DNA from: a virus
Taxonomy: Duplodnaviria > Caudoviricetes
IMG/VR virus record: IMGVR_UViG_2901146262_000001
Span: 32,001-96,000 of that record
DNA: 64,000 nt
Direction: 5' to 3' (one strand)
Shown here one piece after another: positions 45,814-58,759 of the stretch. Numbering within the stretch: position 1 is the first letter of the stretch; each line of letters starts with the position of its first letter. Both the position numbers and the translations under genes were made by a program. The notes under the pieces are model-generated. The model made no database searches and was not told the origin of the DNA. It saw nothing but the letters and a program-made list of their open reading frames with translations.

Positions 45814-46140
45814 ATGTCAAAACTAACAGTTGAAGTAAAAGATATCGGAGAGGTAAGTGACGGAAGTCATACATTTAATGAGCTTTACGATCATCGGATG
45901 GTTTTGTTTTCTATTATTTGTAACCAAAATAAAGATAAAGCTTGGAAATCTAGATTGCACGATGATGGAACAATGTTTGACGATTACTTCATTGTAGGAA
46001 TCACTACCGACGAGGGGGACTATACATATCATTATCATGTGACATATTGGATGAATTTTGATGTTAAAGAATTGAAATGCGCACCAAAATTGGATGGTCA
46101 TAAACCAGAGGATATATTAAGGCTGTACAGCTTACTTTAG
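45814..46140 (+). CDS. WDGH-type conserved phage protein
   Basis: SDGSHTFNELYDHR...AWKS..HDDG...YHY...APKLDGH. Confidence 0.65.
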   Translation: MSKLTVEVKDIGEVSDGSHTFNELYDHRMVLFSIICNQNKDKAWKSRLHDDGTMFDDYFIVGITTDEGDYTYHYHVTYWMNFDVKELKCAPKLDGHKPEDILRLYSLL

Positions 46141-49100
46141 TATGAATAGATTGTGTTAAAACACAACTTTTATTGGAGGTGAATTCTATTCAGGAATATT
46201 GGAGTAACTGTTTAATAGAGGCGATGAGAAGATTTGTTTTAAGTCCTGTAAATATTAGAGTGCATATCACATGTAGGGTAAGAGATGCTCCCAAATATTT
46301 ATTTAAAAACAAATCCTTTCCTCATATCTACTGGAGAGACAAAAGAGATGGCACTTGTTGGCATTTTACATATAAGCGAGGACAATCACTTCTAGGTCAG
46401 CTTATTCACAAAGGCAGGGTTGAAGAGTTTAGCTTACGTCGGAGAATTGGGTAGTCAATTAAAAATTAAACTTTAAAGTAAAAAGGAGAATGGAAATGGA
46501 AGCTTTGAGTGAACCGTTATTCGAGATCAATCAAGAAAGTAAATATTACAAAACAAAAAAAGAAATAAAAGACAGCCGACCGAAGATGCATAAAATATTA
46601 AAGGAAATAGCAAATGAATTTGAATTTAAGTTAGACGACTTTGCTCGTTATGGAGCAAGAGGCTTTGGATTTTATCAATATACAGATTCATACGAAAAGT
46701 ATGAAGACAAATTAACCAAGAATGCTGACAGAAATGGAGTACATACGTTTAAGAAAGCTACACAGGAGTATAAGGCTATTAGTCCGAGATTAGTAGAAAT
46801 TGAGAGGATTGAAAACAAGGTAAACCCTTTTACTCTCCATGATATTTTTGGATTGAACAATTTAAAAGCTTCTCAGTGGCTAGGTGATAGATTCTTTGTT
46901 GAAGTTAAGTCAGCGGAAGAAACAAAGAAGAAAGTAAGTGATCCTAAAAGGAGCATAGAATTTGAGATTGAGCCTGTGAAAGAAATATCTTATAAAGAGT
47001 ACTTACAGTTACTCATGGACAGAATTGATGATTGAAGAAGGAGGATGAGAGTGGACATTTTTACAAAGATTGTAAACGAATATTTACTTAAAGATGAAGA
47101 AAACAAAGAAGAATTGCTAGAATTCGCAAATGCTGTATCGGGTCAAATTATGAGTTCAGAAGGTGAAGATAATGAATAACGAACTGAAGCTAAAGCATAT
47201 CAAAGAAGATGGTTCATTACGCACACCTTATGTAGTGTATCAAGGAGATAAGAAATTAGGAAGCTTCACAAATCGCATAGCAGCTAATAAGTTTATGAAA
47301 ATGGTTGATGAGTTACGTAGATATGATGCGTTAGATTAAAAGTGAGCTTTTAACTGGGGAGGAATAAAAATGAAAGGTTGCATTTATGCAGTATATAACG
47401 AGAAGAATAGAGTAATTGGTTTATATGCCAATGAAACATGGGCGAAACGTAAGGCAGATCGATCAGATAGTTATCGAGTTGAAACATATGTTCATACGGA
47501 AAATAGAAAGATGATAGAAATGGCATAATTTATGACGAGAGATGATTAAATGAAGGCTATATTGCTTGAAGATTATAATTCAGGGATAAACGATTACTTC
47601 TACAAAAGAGGTCAGGATGTTGATATTACCGAATTAAAGAGCTTTGAAGATAGCTATGCTGTTTATCGCTATGGTGGATTGGACTGGATACCTAAAAGTA
47701 TAGTAAAAATTATCGATTAGAGATATGCAGTAAGACGACAGAAACTAGAGGGGAAAGTTAAATGAAGGTAAAGATAAGATTTTTAATGGAGTTCCCGTAT
47801 GACAATCAATTTTTTAAACCGCTTGATGAATTCGTATTAACAGTTGAAGATGCTACTGAGTTGGTAAATGCAGGTATTGCAGTTATAGATTATATATATA
47901 CTGATTAAGAGGATAAATTTATCAAAAATGATGAGGTGATAACATGAGGTATGCATTTTATGGCAGGGTGGAAGAAACACAGTACAATCCACATATGGCA
48001 GACTGCTTTGGCACTAAAATCCCCACATTGGGAAAGTGGAATAAACTAATGAAGTGGCAAGTTTTTTACAGTAAGGATAACGTACATATCGAAATCAATA
48101 GTGGAGCTAAGATTGATATAAGCGGTGAGAGTGTTTGCATTGAAAATGTGCAATATGATATCGAAGATGATTCTTATAAGTGTTACACAGATAAGATTAT
48201 ATCAAGAAAAGATGGCAATATGACAAGACAACAAGCAGAGCAAAAAGCTGAAGAACTAAGAAATAGAGGTTTTTTCAAAAAGTTATTTGGCAGATAAAAG
48301 GATAGATTTATTAGGGAGTGATAGCTTTGAGTAGTAATATAGAACAGCAACTTCAAGATATTGGTTACAAATTAGCTGAAGCTTGGAATTGTGGAGAGAT
48401 TGAGAGACATGCTCAATTGATGCAAAGAGTTCGCAAATCAGGATTAAACGCAAAGGGCTTTGATTATGTATTGGATGTATATCAGAAAGCATTAAAATGA
48501 ATATTTTATATAATTGCAAAGTGTTATTTAGACCAGAATTGATTATTCCAGACAGAGATATTATTAAGAACATAAAGTTTAAGGAGGGTTTTAATAATGA
48601 TGGTGAGTATATTAGGCGGAATAATCCTTATGTGTGCAATCATGACTGTAGGTATGTGGGTAGCTTATTTGCTGGCGCAACTACCAGATAATTTTGTTGA
48701 TCATGAAGATTATGATAGAGATTAAACATGAACATGAGGTGATGAAATGGATATTAAAGAAATAATGGAAATGCAATTTAAAGTATTAGCTGTGACTGAT
48801 AGCAAGCTTGAAGAAAATAATATGTCTGCAGACAAAGAATTTAAAGAAAGGGTATTTGATAATATTCAATATCTTAGACGTATGGAGAAGTGGATAAAAT
48901 AATTCATTTATGGGGTGAAAACATGCCAAAAATACACAAGGTCACACTTTATCTTACTGACTTTGAAGAAATGGATAAAAGAAATATCGAGGTCGTCTTA
49001 GAACGTATGGCAGACAGGGAGGATATGAGTTTGCATATCGCAAAGCAAAATGAATCAGAAGTATTTGAATGGGACGATAATTTATTCATTAATAAGCGAG

Positions 49101-50350
49101 ACGCAAATGCAGATGATTTTGAAGCGTATATGAAGAAGGGTTAGAGTAATTAACTTATGAGGAGGAACTATGCTAAAAATTAGACAGTCCTATCATGGCA
49201 CAGGTGGCAGAGAAGGATACAAATATAAAGTTTACAATGACAAGGGCAAAAAGATTGGAGAAATTAAAGACTTTCCAATTGATTGTCGGTATGGAGATAT
49301 AATCAAAATTGGCGATGGTCTATATACTTTGACATCATCTTATGACTCTGATAACCCTAGACACGAGAAGTCAGAAGTAATGTTTCATGAATTACAACCA
49401 TACGATCCTAAACCTAATTTCGACTTAGGTGAGGTGATTTAATGTCATTAAAGATTGGAAATAAGGTGCGAAATATACATGATAATACAGAGGGCAAGCT
49501 AGTATATTCCACATTCGGTGCAAGTATTACAGGAGCAAAAGTAGATGAGGATGGTAATAGGATGCGTTTTCAAACTATAGGGCAGCCAATACAAGAATAC
49601 GAGAAAGATTGGAAAAGAGTATATAAGTTTAAATATAACATGAGGTGAAAACATGAAGAAATTAAATGAAAAGAATAAAGATGAACTTCTTAACAATTTG
49701 ATAAGTAATATTGATCGGTTAATACCTATGGCAAAAAACAATGATGAATATGTTAAATTCTCAAGAATGCGCTTAGATGTATTAGATGTTTGGCGTGAAT
49801 CTATAGATAATAAGGTTAGTCAAAAACAGGAGGAAGAACAAATAGATGAACAAGTATTAACAACCGGGCAGATGATCGATCAACTTAAAGTTGGAGAAGA
49901 GGCAGAGTCACATAGTCACGGATATATCCGAGTAAGAAAAAATCCAGATGGATCAATAACACAAGCGGGCGCTGGGAGAAAGGTGGTATTAGGATCTGGT
50001 GTAACAGATTGGGAATGGTCGGTAGTTCCAAACTATGTAACATTTGGTGAAGCAATGATTGTTTTATCAAGAAAAGGAAGGGTTCGTTTCCATTATAGGG
50101 ATGAAAATGGTGTTGAAAGAGAAGTACCGATAAAGAACTCGTTTAATGTCAGACATAGTTTCAGAGAAGATATAAGATGGTTTGATCTTATAAACGGCAA
50201 ATGGACAATCGAAGAAAATCATCAGAATAAATAATGCACCGTAAAAGTTTGTGAAAAGCAACATACATAAATCGTTGATTTAATCGTCTTTTAATTTTCA
50301 ATTCACAATCTTTTTCGAGATAAAATACTGGTTTTAAATAGGAGGATCAA

Positions 50351-50590
50351 ATGATAAGAGAAGTTCAGAGGAATTCAGTCTATCGTCATTATAAGGGTAA
50401 GTTTTATTACATATTAGAGATATGCTATCATACCGAAACATACGAAACATTAGTTGTATACCATGCACTAAATAGTGAAGGTGATACATATGCAAGACCA
50501 TTAGAGATATTTATATCAGTGGTAGAAGAAGGAGTTAATAATCCAACAGGACAACAATATAAATTTGAACTGTTTGAGGATGAAGAATAG
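50351..50590 (+). CDS. DUF1653-domain protein
   Basis: YRHYKG...HTETYETLVVY...YARPLEIF. Confidence 0.85.
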   Translation: MIREVQRNSVYRHYKGKFYYILEICYHTETYETLVVYHALNSEGDTYARPLEIFISVVEEGVNNPTGQQYKFELFEDEE

Positions 50591-50653
50591 ACTTTGACCT
50601 CAGCTATAGATGTATACTATAATTATACTGCTATAAAGGAAGAGGTGGAGACA

Positions 50654-51724
50654 ATGATAGATCGATTACAATCATTGGAAGATCGTTATAACAGATTAAA
50701 TGAAATGCTTAGTGACCCTGAAATTATTGGCGATACAAAGAAGTTACGTGAATACTCCAAAGAACAATCTGACCTAGAAGATGTCGTAATGACATATCGT
50801 GAGTATACAGATGTTTCATCCCAGTTGAAAGATGCAAAAGAAATGCTGGAAGATAGCTTGGACGATGAAATGTATTCGATGGTAAAGGTTGAAATCGATG
50901 AGCTTACAAAGAGTCGGGAAGATTTAGAAGAAAAGATGAGAATTCTTCTACTGCCGAAAGATCCAAATGATGATAAGAACGTAATTATGGAGATTCGTGG
51001 TGCAGCAGGTGGAGATGAGGCGGCTTTATTTGCTGGTGACTTGTATCGAATGTATTCTAAGTACGCTGAGAATCAAGGATGGAAGACTGAAATAATGGAA
51101 GCTAATAGTACAGGTGTTGGCGGATATAAGGAAATCACTTTTATGATTAGTGGTAAAGGGGCATATTCAAAATTGAAGTATGAGAATGGCGCACATCGTG
51201 TTCAGCGTGTTCCTGAAACAGAGTCCGGGGGAAGAATTCATACATCTACTGCAACGGTAGCAGTGTTACCGGAAGCAGAAGACATAGAGGTGGACGTTCA
51301 TGATAAGGATATTCAAGTAGATACGTACCGTGCAAGTGGAGCTGGAGGACAGCATGTAAACACAACAGACTCTGCAGTTAGATTGACTCATAAGCCAACA
51401 GGTGTAGTTGTTTCTATACAGGATGAAAAGTCTCAGATTAAGAATAAAGAAAAGGCTATGAAGGTGTTACGTGCTCGGATTTATGACAAGTATCAGCAAG
51501 AAGCTCAATCTGAAATTGATCAAAATAGGAAGTCTGCAGTTGGCACTGGAGATCGTTCAGAGAGAATCAGAACATATAATTTCCCTCAAAGCAGAGTAAC
51601 TGATCATCGAATTGGTTTGACGTTGCAAAAATTAGATCAGGTATTAGAGGGTAAGCTAGATGAATTCATTGACGCATTAATAATTGAAGAACAGGCAGAA
51701 AAAATGGAGCAAATAGGTGAATAA
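50654..51724 (+). CDS. prfA: Peptide chain release factor 1
   Basis: PxT (RVPETE), [15 protein letters not shown]; RBS GAGGTGG before ATG 50654; promoter TTGACC 50594/TATAAT 50618. Confidence 0.97.
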   Translation: MIDRLQSLEDRYNRLNEMLSDPEIIGDTKKLREYSKEQSDLEDVVMTYREYTDVSSQLKDAKEMLEDSLDDEMYSMVKVEIDELTKSREDLEEKMRILLLPKDPNDDKNVIMEIRGAAGGDEAALFAGDLYRMYSKYAENQGWKTEIMEANSTGVGGYKEITFMISGKGAYSKLKYENGAHRVQRVPETESGGRIHTSTATVAVLPEAEDIEVDVHDKDIQVDTYRASGAGGQHVNTTDSAVRLTHKPTGVVVSIQDEKSQIKNKEKAMKVLRARIYDKYQQEAQSEIDQNRKSAVGTGDRSERIRTYNFPQSRVTDHRIGLTLQKLDQVLEGKLDEFIDALIIEEQAEKMEQIGE

Positions 51725-52583
51725 TATGGAACAATTAAAACAATATGAAGTCCTACAATGGGCTTCTCTCCTTTTAGAGAAACATTATAGAGAGTCAAGA
51801 GTTGCAGAAATATTACTTCAGCATTATTTGAATGTATCTAGATCGAAGTTTTATATGATGATGCGTGATCCAACCCCTGAAGATATTGTAGCTTTATTTA
51901 AAGAAGCTGTTACAAAGCATGCTATATCAGGCATCCCAGTTCAACACATAACAGGAGTGGAAGAGTTTTATGGTAGAGAATTTAAAGTTAATGAAGATGT
52001 ACTAATTCCAAGGCCAGAAACAGAAGAGCTTGTGCATCATATAATAGAAGCTGTAGGTGATCAGGCTCTGACAATCGTTGATGCTGGCACTGGAAGTGGG
52101 ATTATAGCAATTACATTGTCGTTAGAATTACTGAATGCGAAGGTGTATGCAACTGACATATCTACGGATGCAATAAAAGTTGCTACAGATAATAACGATA
52201 ATCTTCAATCCAATGTTACTTTTTTAGAAGGAGATTTTTTGCAGCCACTAATTGATGACGATATTAAAGTGGATGTTATTATATCTAATCCTCCATATAT
52301 TGATCAGAGAGAAGCGGATTCTATGTCAGATACAGTGAAAAGCTTTGACCCTAAAATTGCATTGTTTGCTGAAGATGATGGTTTGGCAGCTTACAAGAGA
52401 ATCATCGAACAAGGCAGGCATATTATGAAAGATAATTCAATGATGGCGTTTGAAATTGGCCATAAACAAAGTAAATCTGTTACTTCATTAATTAAATCGA
52501 CCTACCCAAATAGTAATACATATACGATTAAAGATATAAATGGTAAGGATAGAATCATATCAGTAGAAATTGGAGGTGAGTGA
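51717..52583 (+). CDS. prmC: Release factor glutamine methyltransferase PrmC/HemK
   Basis: [32 protein letters not shown]; coupled to prfA. Confidence 0.96.
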   Translation: MNNMEQLKQYEVLQWASLLLEKHYRESRVAEILLQHYLNVSRSKFYMMMRDPTPEDIVALFKEAVTKHAISGIPVQHITGVEEFYGREFKVNEDVLIPRPETEELVHHIIEAVGDQALTIVDAGTGSGIIAITLSLELLNAKVYATDISTDAIKVATDNNDNLQSNVTFLEGDFLQPLIDDDIKVDVIISNPPYIDQREADSMSDTVKSFDPKIALFAEDDGLAAYKRIIEQGRHIMKDNSMMAFEIGHKQSKSVTSLIKSTYPNSNTYTIKDINGKDRIISVEIGGE

Positions 52584-55500
52584 ATGCTGGATTTTAAAAT
52601 TGTTAGCGATTTTGAAGGAACTTTAAAAATGTTAGGTAAGAGTATTGATAATGAAGATGATGAGGCTTTGAGTTTGGCAATTATGTTAGAAGGCGAGTTT
52701 GGATATATAATACGTGATCAAATCGATACAACGAATGACGATGATAGATTTTTTATTAGTGCCACGCTGAATACCTTTAACAATTTATTGAATGCAGTTA
52801 ATGACAGGAAAGTTGCAGATGTGATTGAACGTATCAGAGATGGTATAGTTGACATTATAAAGGGAGAAGAATTAATGTAATTGAGCAATATTTAAATTCT
52901 TTGATTTCATTGTTGACATTTTTATTGGGTAGTATTATAATATAAATAGACAAAAAATAAAAATTAAAGGGAGAGATATTAATGAAATTCGGATTAAGAG
53001 AAGTTGTTGACTTGAAAGTATTCAATGAAAGTGATGAGCTTGTTACTGTACTTGACACAAGCAGGGAGAGTTTCATTCAGTATATTGGAGAAGATGAAAA
53101 GGGTGTAGGATATGTCGGTGTTAAAGATGCACTGATCGACTTAAACTTTATCAAATTCATCTCAGACGAGAGTAGCGAACTTACAGATTATGAAAAAGCC
53201 ATTAATAGCAATATGAATACGATTGAGCTAGGTGGTTCTGGCAACAGGAAGTGCAAATTGGTTGGTAACAGCTATGCAAGATCCAGAGATAGCGGAGGAG
53301 ATTGCAAATATTTAATTGAAGCTCCTAATGCAGAGGTTATCAATCGACTGTCAATTGAAAATAATACATATGATCCATCTGATTTCGATATTCTTTTTAA
53401 AGTTAAACCTTATAATGATAAAGGTTCACTGTTTAAAATTCATTTATAAATAATGCTTGACTTTATTATTGGGTAACATTATAATAGATACATAGTCAAA
53501 ATAAAGAAAAGGAGATGTTGATTAGTGATTATTGAATGCAGAAACAATGATGAGATAGGGGCAAGGAAATGGAAAATTGCTTAGAGCAGCTATTAGAGGA
53601 AATAAGTGTTAGAAAATCTTCTCACATGGAGTGGTGCGACGAATCATATGGAAATAGTAATGAACAGAGACTAATAAGAATTAAAATAAAGGAATTAGAA
53701 GACATTAGAGATATTGTTATTGATTATTGTCACAAGGAGAGAGAAAAATGACCTATTCTTTAAAGAATAACACAATAGTAAGAACGGATGACGGAGACGT
53801 TATGATTGTTCCTATTGAAGTATGTGGAAATGACCAACAAAAAGAGTTTTTTGCTTTCGGGGCAATGTATATGAGTAACGAAGGTGATTATCCGTTTGAA
53901 ATTCAATTTATTGATGAAGATGATAAGGAATTGATAAAACGCCTCAACAATGAAGTTGGAAGGGTTTTAGAAATAATCGAACCAGTTAGCAACAACTATG
54001 GGTTTTAAATACCACTTTTTCTTTTGCAGGTTGGCGTTATAAAATATTAAAAGGAGGAATAAAAATGAGCAAAATAATAACAGTAACAGCAAATCAAAAC
54101 TATGATTTTGATGGCGATGAGATTTATAAAATGGTTAAAGGTCAGGAGTTTAAACTAGAGAGATTATCAGATCGGGAATGGGAGTTTAGACTAACAGATA
54201 AGAATGGCATAACAACATATGTGGGGGATGACTTTTTAGGACAGTTTATGGACTTTAAAATGGATGAAATGCCTGAGTCAGTTGCAGTATATCTTTATAA
54301 TGAAGAGCATAAAGAAGATCATTTAAGAGATGGTACTTTGAGGGTGCTTAAGAGTCCATTCAAAGAAACACTTGAGTTACATAAAGTATTGCAAGAATTA
54401 GAGCAAGGAGAAGGGATTTCTGCTGATTCGATAGATTTAATTTTAAACAATCATAGTGACTTGTTACCCTACTTGGATGACGAGGTCAGACTACAAAAGA
54501 AGCTTGAAACATTGGTTTTTAAGTCTTGAAGATAAGAAAAGAGATGCAGAGTGGAGAGTATAGGCTTGAATGGAATTCTAGATAAAATGCGATATAGAAG
54601 AGGTGATAAAAAATGAAAAAAGCAACATTAATAACAATAACATCATTATTAGCAATCGCAGTACTGTTCCTTGTATCTGTTTATGGATTTGGATTTTTAC
54701 AGCGAGAAACAGCAGACTTTCGAGGGGAAACGGGTCAAATCGAGGATACAAAAGCTAACAGTGATTATCGCATAGCTTCATATGACAGCTTTTACGATTC
54801 GTGTGCCAGTGTTCAATCCATAGAGAGCAAGATTGTTAATATGCAAGATGAGTTAGAGGAAACTGATGAAGTGCAGCGTGAAACAGTACTTAAAACGTCA
54901 ATAACAGCTGCAAAGAATAAAAGGGCGGAACTTATTTCATCATATAATGCAGACGCACGTAAGGAAGCAACGCAAGGACAATTTAGAGCATCAGACTTAC
55001 CTTATGAATTAAATGAAAACGAGGAGGAAACAATTTGCGAAGCTTACTAAATAAAGGCAGTCTAGCCATTTTAATGTTAGTTTTATCGGCAGTTGTATTA
55101 TCTGCATGTTTGGAAGAAACATCTCAAGACAAAGAAACGGGAATACAACAGAATACTTATACCAAGCTATCAGAAAAGGAACCAGCTAAGGAGATGACTA
55201 ACCCGAAAACGAGGGAAACTATCAACTTTTTTACAGACACTTGGAATAAGAAAGATCAATTAGCCTATGTCTATCTGCAAAACTCTGATGGAGATATGAT
55301 TGGTTACTATGTGCTAGATGGGCCTCCTGTATCAATGTGTACGTCATTAACTCCGAATTTTAGGGTAGAAAGTGGTTCAAACGGAAAGGTAGTCACTCCT
55401 GCGCCGGGAACAGATGGCGTATATCGTGGCGAAGAGGATTGCAGCAGGTATTATGCAAAAGATGCTACTAGTGGTGCTTATGTAGAGTTTACTGTAGGTA

Positions 55501-56635
55501 TGGGGATCAATATGTTGCTTTATACTGAGCCATTAACAAATCATCCTAATGTACAAAGCTTATCACCAGAAGGAGAATGATTTACAGTAAAATGTAAGTT
55601 TGATTTGAACTATAATCTCAAATAAAAAAAGGAGATGGAATGAATGGAACTGAAAAGATATACTCACCGTCACGAGATGGTCATCAGGGAGCAAGTTGGT
55701 CTATATGTAGAAAAGGTTGCGGATGGAATTTATTTGATAAAGAAAGACAGATTAGGATCTAAGAGTGGTCAGTTCATTAACTCTGATACATTATTCAGTA
55801 GAATGGGTCATTATAAGAAGATAGCAATAGACGATGAGTCAGGAATTACAGCAATCTTTGATAGCTGGGAGTAAACTTTATTGAAAAAAGTATTTTTTTA
55901 ATCAATATAGGGTAGCAATATAGTATAATGTTTGTTACACTAAAGGAGTTGGTTGGTTGGCCAAGAGAGATGAAGATAAAGTATTGTACGATTTATTGGC
56001 TTACTTTGATAAGAATTATGCAGATGCAAGCATTGAACAAAAGAACATGTATGTCAGAGGAGTTTCTGATGCACTGTCTTATGTGTACCACGGCAGAATG
56101 AAGCCACGCTAAACAATAAAAAGGGGGAATTGAGTTGGACATAAATAAAGGTGACATAATCATTGTTAATATGGATCGTTTCGGTGGTGAAGGATTTAAA
56201 GAAATGGAAGTTTTTAATCCGACTGGAGATACTGACTATATTGAATATGTAGGAGAGCATTTTCTCGCTAAGTCATCATCAGGTGAAACCCATGTGATCA
56301 AAGAAGGCGATTATAAGCTTAAGGAAGATGATATTATTGATATTGCTGATAGAGTTAGAGTTCCAAAGACAAATGGCACTCAAAAGGAATGTTATATCGT
56401 AGTTGAAGTTGATAGTACTAATCGGGGTATATGTATATTTGATGATTTTGGCCATAAGATTTGGTATCAGAAGCATACCGTCACAAAAGTTGAAAATGAT
56501 CCAAACAATGAACAGTTACTTGATATGGTAGCATCTCTGTCCTCTGAGTTGATTAAGGTAAAGAATATAGTGGTTGATTTGGTTAGTAAGCAGCAAGACG
56601 TTAACGACAGAATCATGTCTGATTTATTAAATTAA
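52584..56635 (+). other. Hypothetical genes, including a membrane protein plus lipoprotein pair (54613-55050, 55035-55580)
   Basis: N-terminal TM helix; lipobox LSAC; overlapping reading frames. Confidence 0.7.
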
Positions 56636-56737
56636 CGGGACATCATTAAGGGTGGTGGTTATTTTCTGAAGGTTATAGGGTGACATTATAGTATATAAAA
56701 CAAAAATTAAACTTACAAGAAAAAAGGGAGAGATTTA

Positions 56738-57751
56738 TTGATGACAGAATTACAACCAACTTACGGAAACTTTAAACTACGAGGTATTGTACGACAAATT
56801 GGATTGCCATTTGCATTTAACAAAGGAACAACAGGCGGAGGACTAGAGTATAGACGATTAAACTTTATGATTCAAACAAGCAAGAATAACTTTGTTCCAG
56901 TTGAGCTATTTGGTATGAAATTTGACGAGATTACAATCACACCTACTGACAAAAAAGATAAGCAACGTAAGAAAATCACATATAGCGATGATGTATACAA
57001 GGATATTGAAGATGGCTGGGAAGTATTTATGGGAACTAATGTAGGAATCGAACAAGATGAAAAAGGTGGTAACATTAAAAAAGTATTAGCTCCATTCGAT
57101 GCGATCGAAGAAATTCATAAAGGATTGGAAGATGGAGATTCTGTATTTGTTAATGGAGGAAAACGATTCAATGAATACAAGGGAGATACGCAGCAGAGTT
57201 TTGAAATTCGTTCAATTTACCATACATCTGAACCCATTGACTTTGACGCAGAAGGGTTTGAAGAACAGTCTACTTTTGACCAAACATTGGTTGTGACTGG
57301 AACGGAATTAGATAAGAAAACGAATCGACTGATTGTTAATGCAAATATTATCTATGATAAAAAAGGGTTATTTGTTCCATTTGAATACTTTATTGATATT
57401 ACTCGATATAAAAAGTTCGCTTTAAACTTACGTAAATTCAAATTTGGCACACAAATTAAAGTTTCTGGACTAGTACATAGTACAACAGATATGGAGACTA
57501 TCACTGAAGAGACGGTTGTTACGGACGAATGGGGAGAGGACTTACATCAGTCTAGCGGTAATGACATTATCCGAGACACAAATAAATCACTTGAAATTAC
57601 CAAAGGATATCCTGAGACTATCGAAGAGAAAAAATACTCTGAAGATGACTTTAAAGCAGAAGAAGTGGATGAGGCATTTCAAGACAAAGAATTAGACGCT
57701 GGCGAGTGGGGAGATTCAGACGATTCGTCTGACGATGATCCATTCAAGTAG
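56738..57751 (+). CDS. Putative single-stranded DNA-binding protein (YorF-like)
   Basis: Tandem OB-like beta regions, acidic tail ending DDDPFK; adjacent to an AAA recombinase. Confidence 0.65.
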   Translation: MMTELQPTYGNFKLRGIVRQIGLPFAFNKGTTGGGLEYRRLNFMIQTSKNNFVPVELFGMKFDEITITPTDKKDKQRKKITYSDDVYKDIEDGWEVFMGTNVGIEQDEKGGNIKKVLAPFDAIEEIHKGLEDGDSVFVNGGKRFNEYKGDTQQSFEIRSIYHTSEPIDFDAEGFEEQSTFDQTLVVTGTELDKKTNRLIVNANIIYDKKGLFVPFEYFIDITRYKKFALNLRKFKFGTQIKVSGLVHSTTDMETITEETVVTDEWGEDLHQSSGNDIIRDTNKSLEITKGYPETIEEKKYSEDDFKAEEVDEAFQDKELDAGEWGDSDDSSDDDPFK

Positions 57752-57804
57752 GAAATAGTCAGACAACAAATCAAATAAATACATAAAAGGGAGAATGATG
57801 ATTA

Positions 57805-58749
57805 ATGGCATTTGTTAAACCAGATAAGAAAAAAGAAGGAACTAAGTTTTTATTTTACGGATACGCAGGAAGTGGGAAGACTCCAACTGGATTGTCTTTC
57901 CCTAACATCGCACTAGTTGACTCGGATTCAGGTACTAACTTCTATGATTTAGATAACGTAGTAGTTAACTCTAGCACATTATCTTTCAAAGAGCTTAATG
58001 ATGACTTAGATGAGTTAGAGATGGATGACGAGTTGTTTGAATCAATTGAAACATTTACCGTAGATTCTTTAACAAGATTCCACAACAACATGATTCACGC
58101 TATGAATAAGATCGCTGAGAAACGTGCGGTTAAGAATAGTCGAGATGCAGAGGGTGAAGGACTTTCATTTAAAGAGTATGGAAAAATGAAAACTTATTAC
58201 GGAGAATTCTTTGCTCGTATGCTCAACTTTGCAAAACAAGGGAAACATTTAGTCTTTATTGCTGAACAAAAGGATCAAAATGAGAATTCTGGTGGTGAAA
58301 TTAAGAAGATCGGTGTTATGCCGGATGGTCAAAAAAAGATAGAACATGATTTTGATGTTGTAGTCCGTACATTTAATGATGAGAATGGAAAACCTAAAGG
58401 TCTTGTTGAAAAAGATCGTACCGGAACATATAAAATTGGCGAAACAGTAGATAAACCTAATTACCAACTATGGAAACCTGCGATGGACAAAGCGTTGAAA
58501 GGTAAGCAGCGTAAAAAAGAAGAGATTAAATCCCTTAAGGATGTTGTCAAAGATGAAATCGAAGTGTTGGACGACGGGGAGTCACTAAAAGAAGAATTAC
58601 GCAAGGCGGCAGACGCAGTTATTAAATCTGGTAAAACAGATGAATTAAAGGCTAATTTAGAGGGTGCTGTAGGCACGATTAAATATAAAACGTTGACCGA
58701 ACTAGAAGACATTAAAAAAGCTCTGGAAGCAGTCAAGTCTATTAAGTAG
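57805..58749 (+). CDS. AAA_24/Sak4-like ATPase (YorG-like)
   Basis: YGYAGSGKT, VDSLT, DFDVV, KDRTG. Confidence 0.82.
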   Translation: MAFVKPDKKKEGTKFLFYGYAGSGKTPTGLSFPNIALVDSDSGTNFYDLDNVVVNSSTLSFKELNDDLDELEMDDELFESIETFTVDSLTRFHNNMIHAMNKIAEKRAVKNSRDAEGEGLSFKEYGKMKTYYGEFFARMLNFAKQGKHLVFIAEQKDQNENSGGEIKKIGVMPDGQKKIEHDFDVVVRTFNDENGKPKGLVEKDRTGTYKIGETVDKPNYQLWKPAMDKALKGKQRKKEEIKSLKDVVKDEIEVLDDGESLKEELRKAADAVIKSGKTDELKANLEGAVGTIKYKTLTELEDIKKALEAVKSIK

Positions 58750-58759
58750 AGGTGCGAAA

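Larger units (their letters stand above)
43060..50234 (+). other. Array of small hypothetical genes
   Basis: Co-oriented ORFs with RBSs, many translationally coupled. Confidence 0.7.

Noticed and set aside
50240-50312. Inverted TTGTGAA/TTCACAA as a mobile-element scar
   Set aside because: Only 7 bp, single occurrence, no target duplication or transposase
50654-51724. Stop-codon reassignment implied by phage RF1
   Set aside because: Genes end in TGA (34223, 52583) and TAG (18407, 37630), and long conserved genes are uninterrupted under the standard code
50594-52583. prfA-prmC as host chromosome marking a prophage boundary
   Set aside because: Phage-type genes and phage operator motifs continue on both sides; no other host neighbours are present
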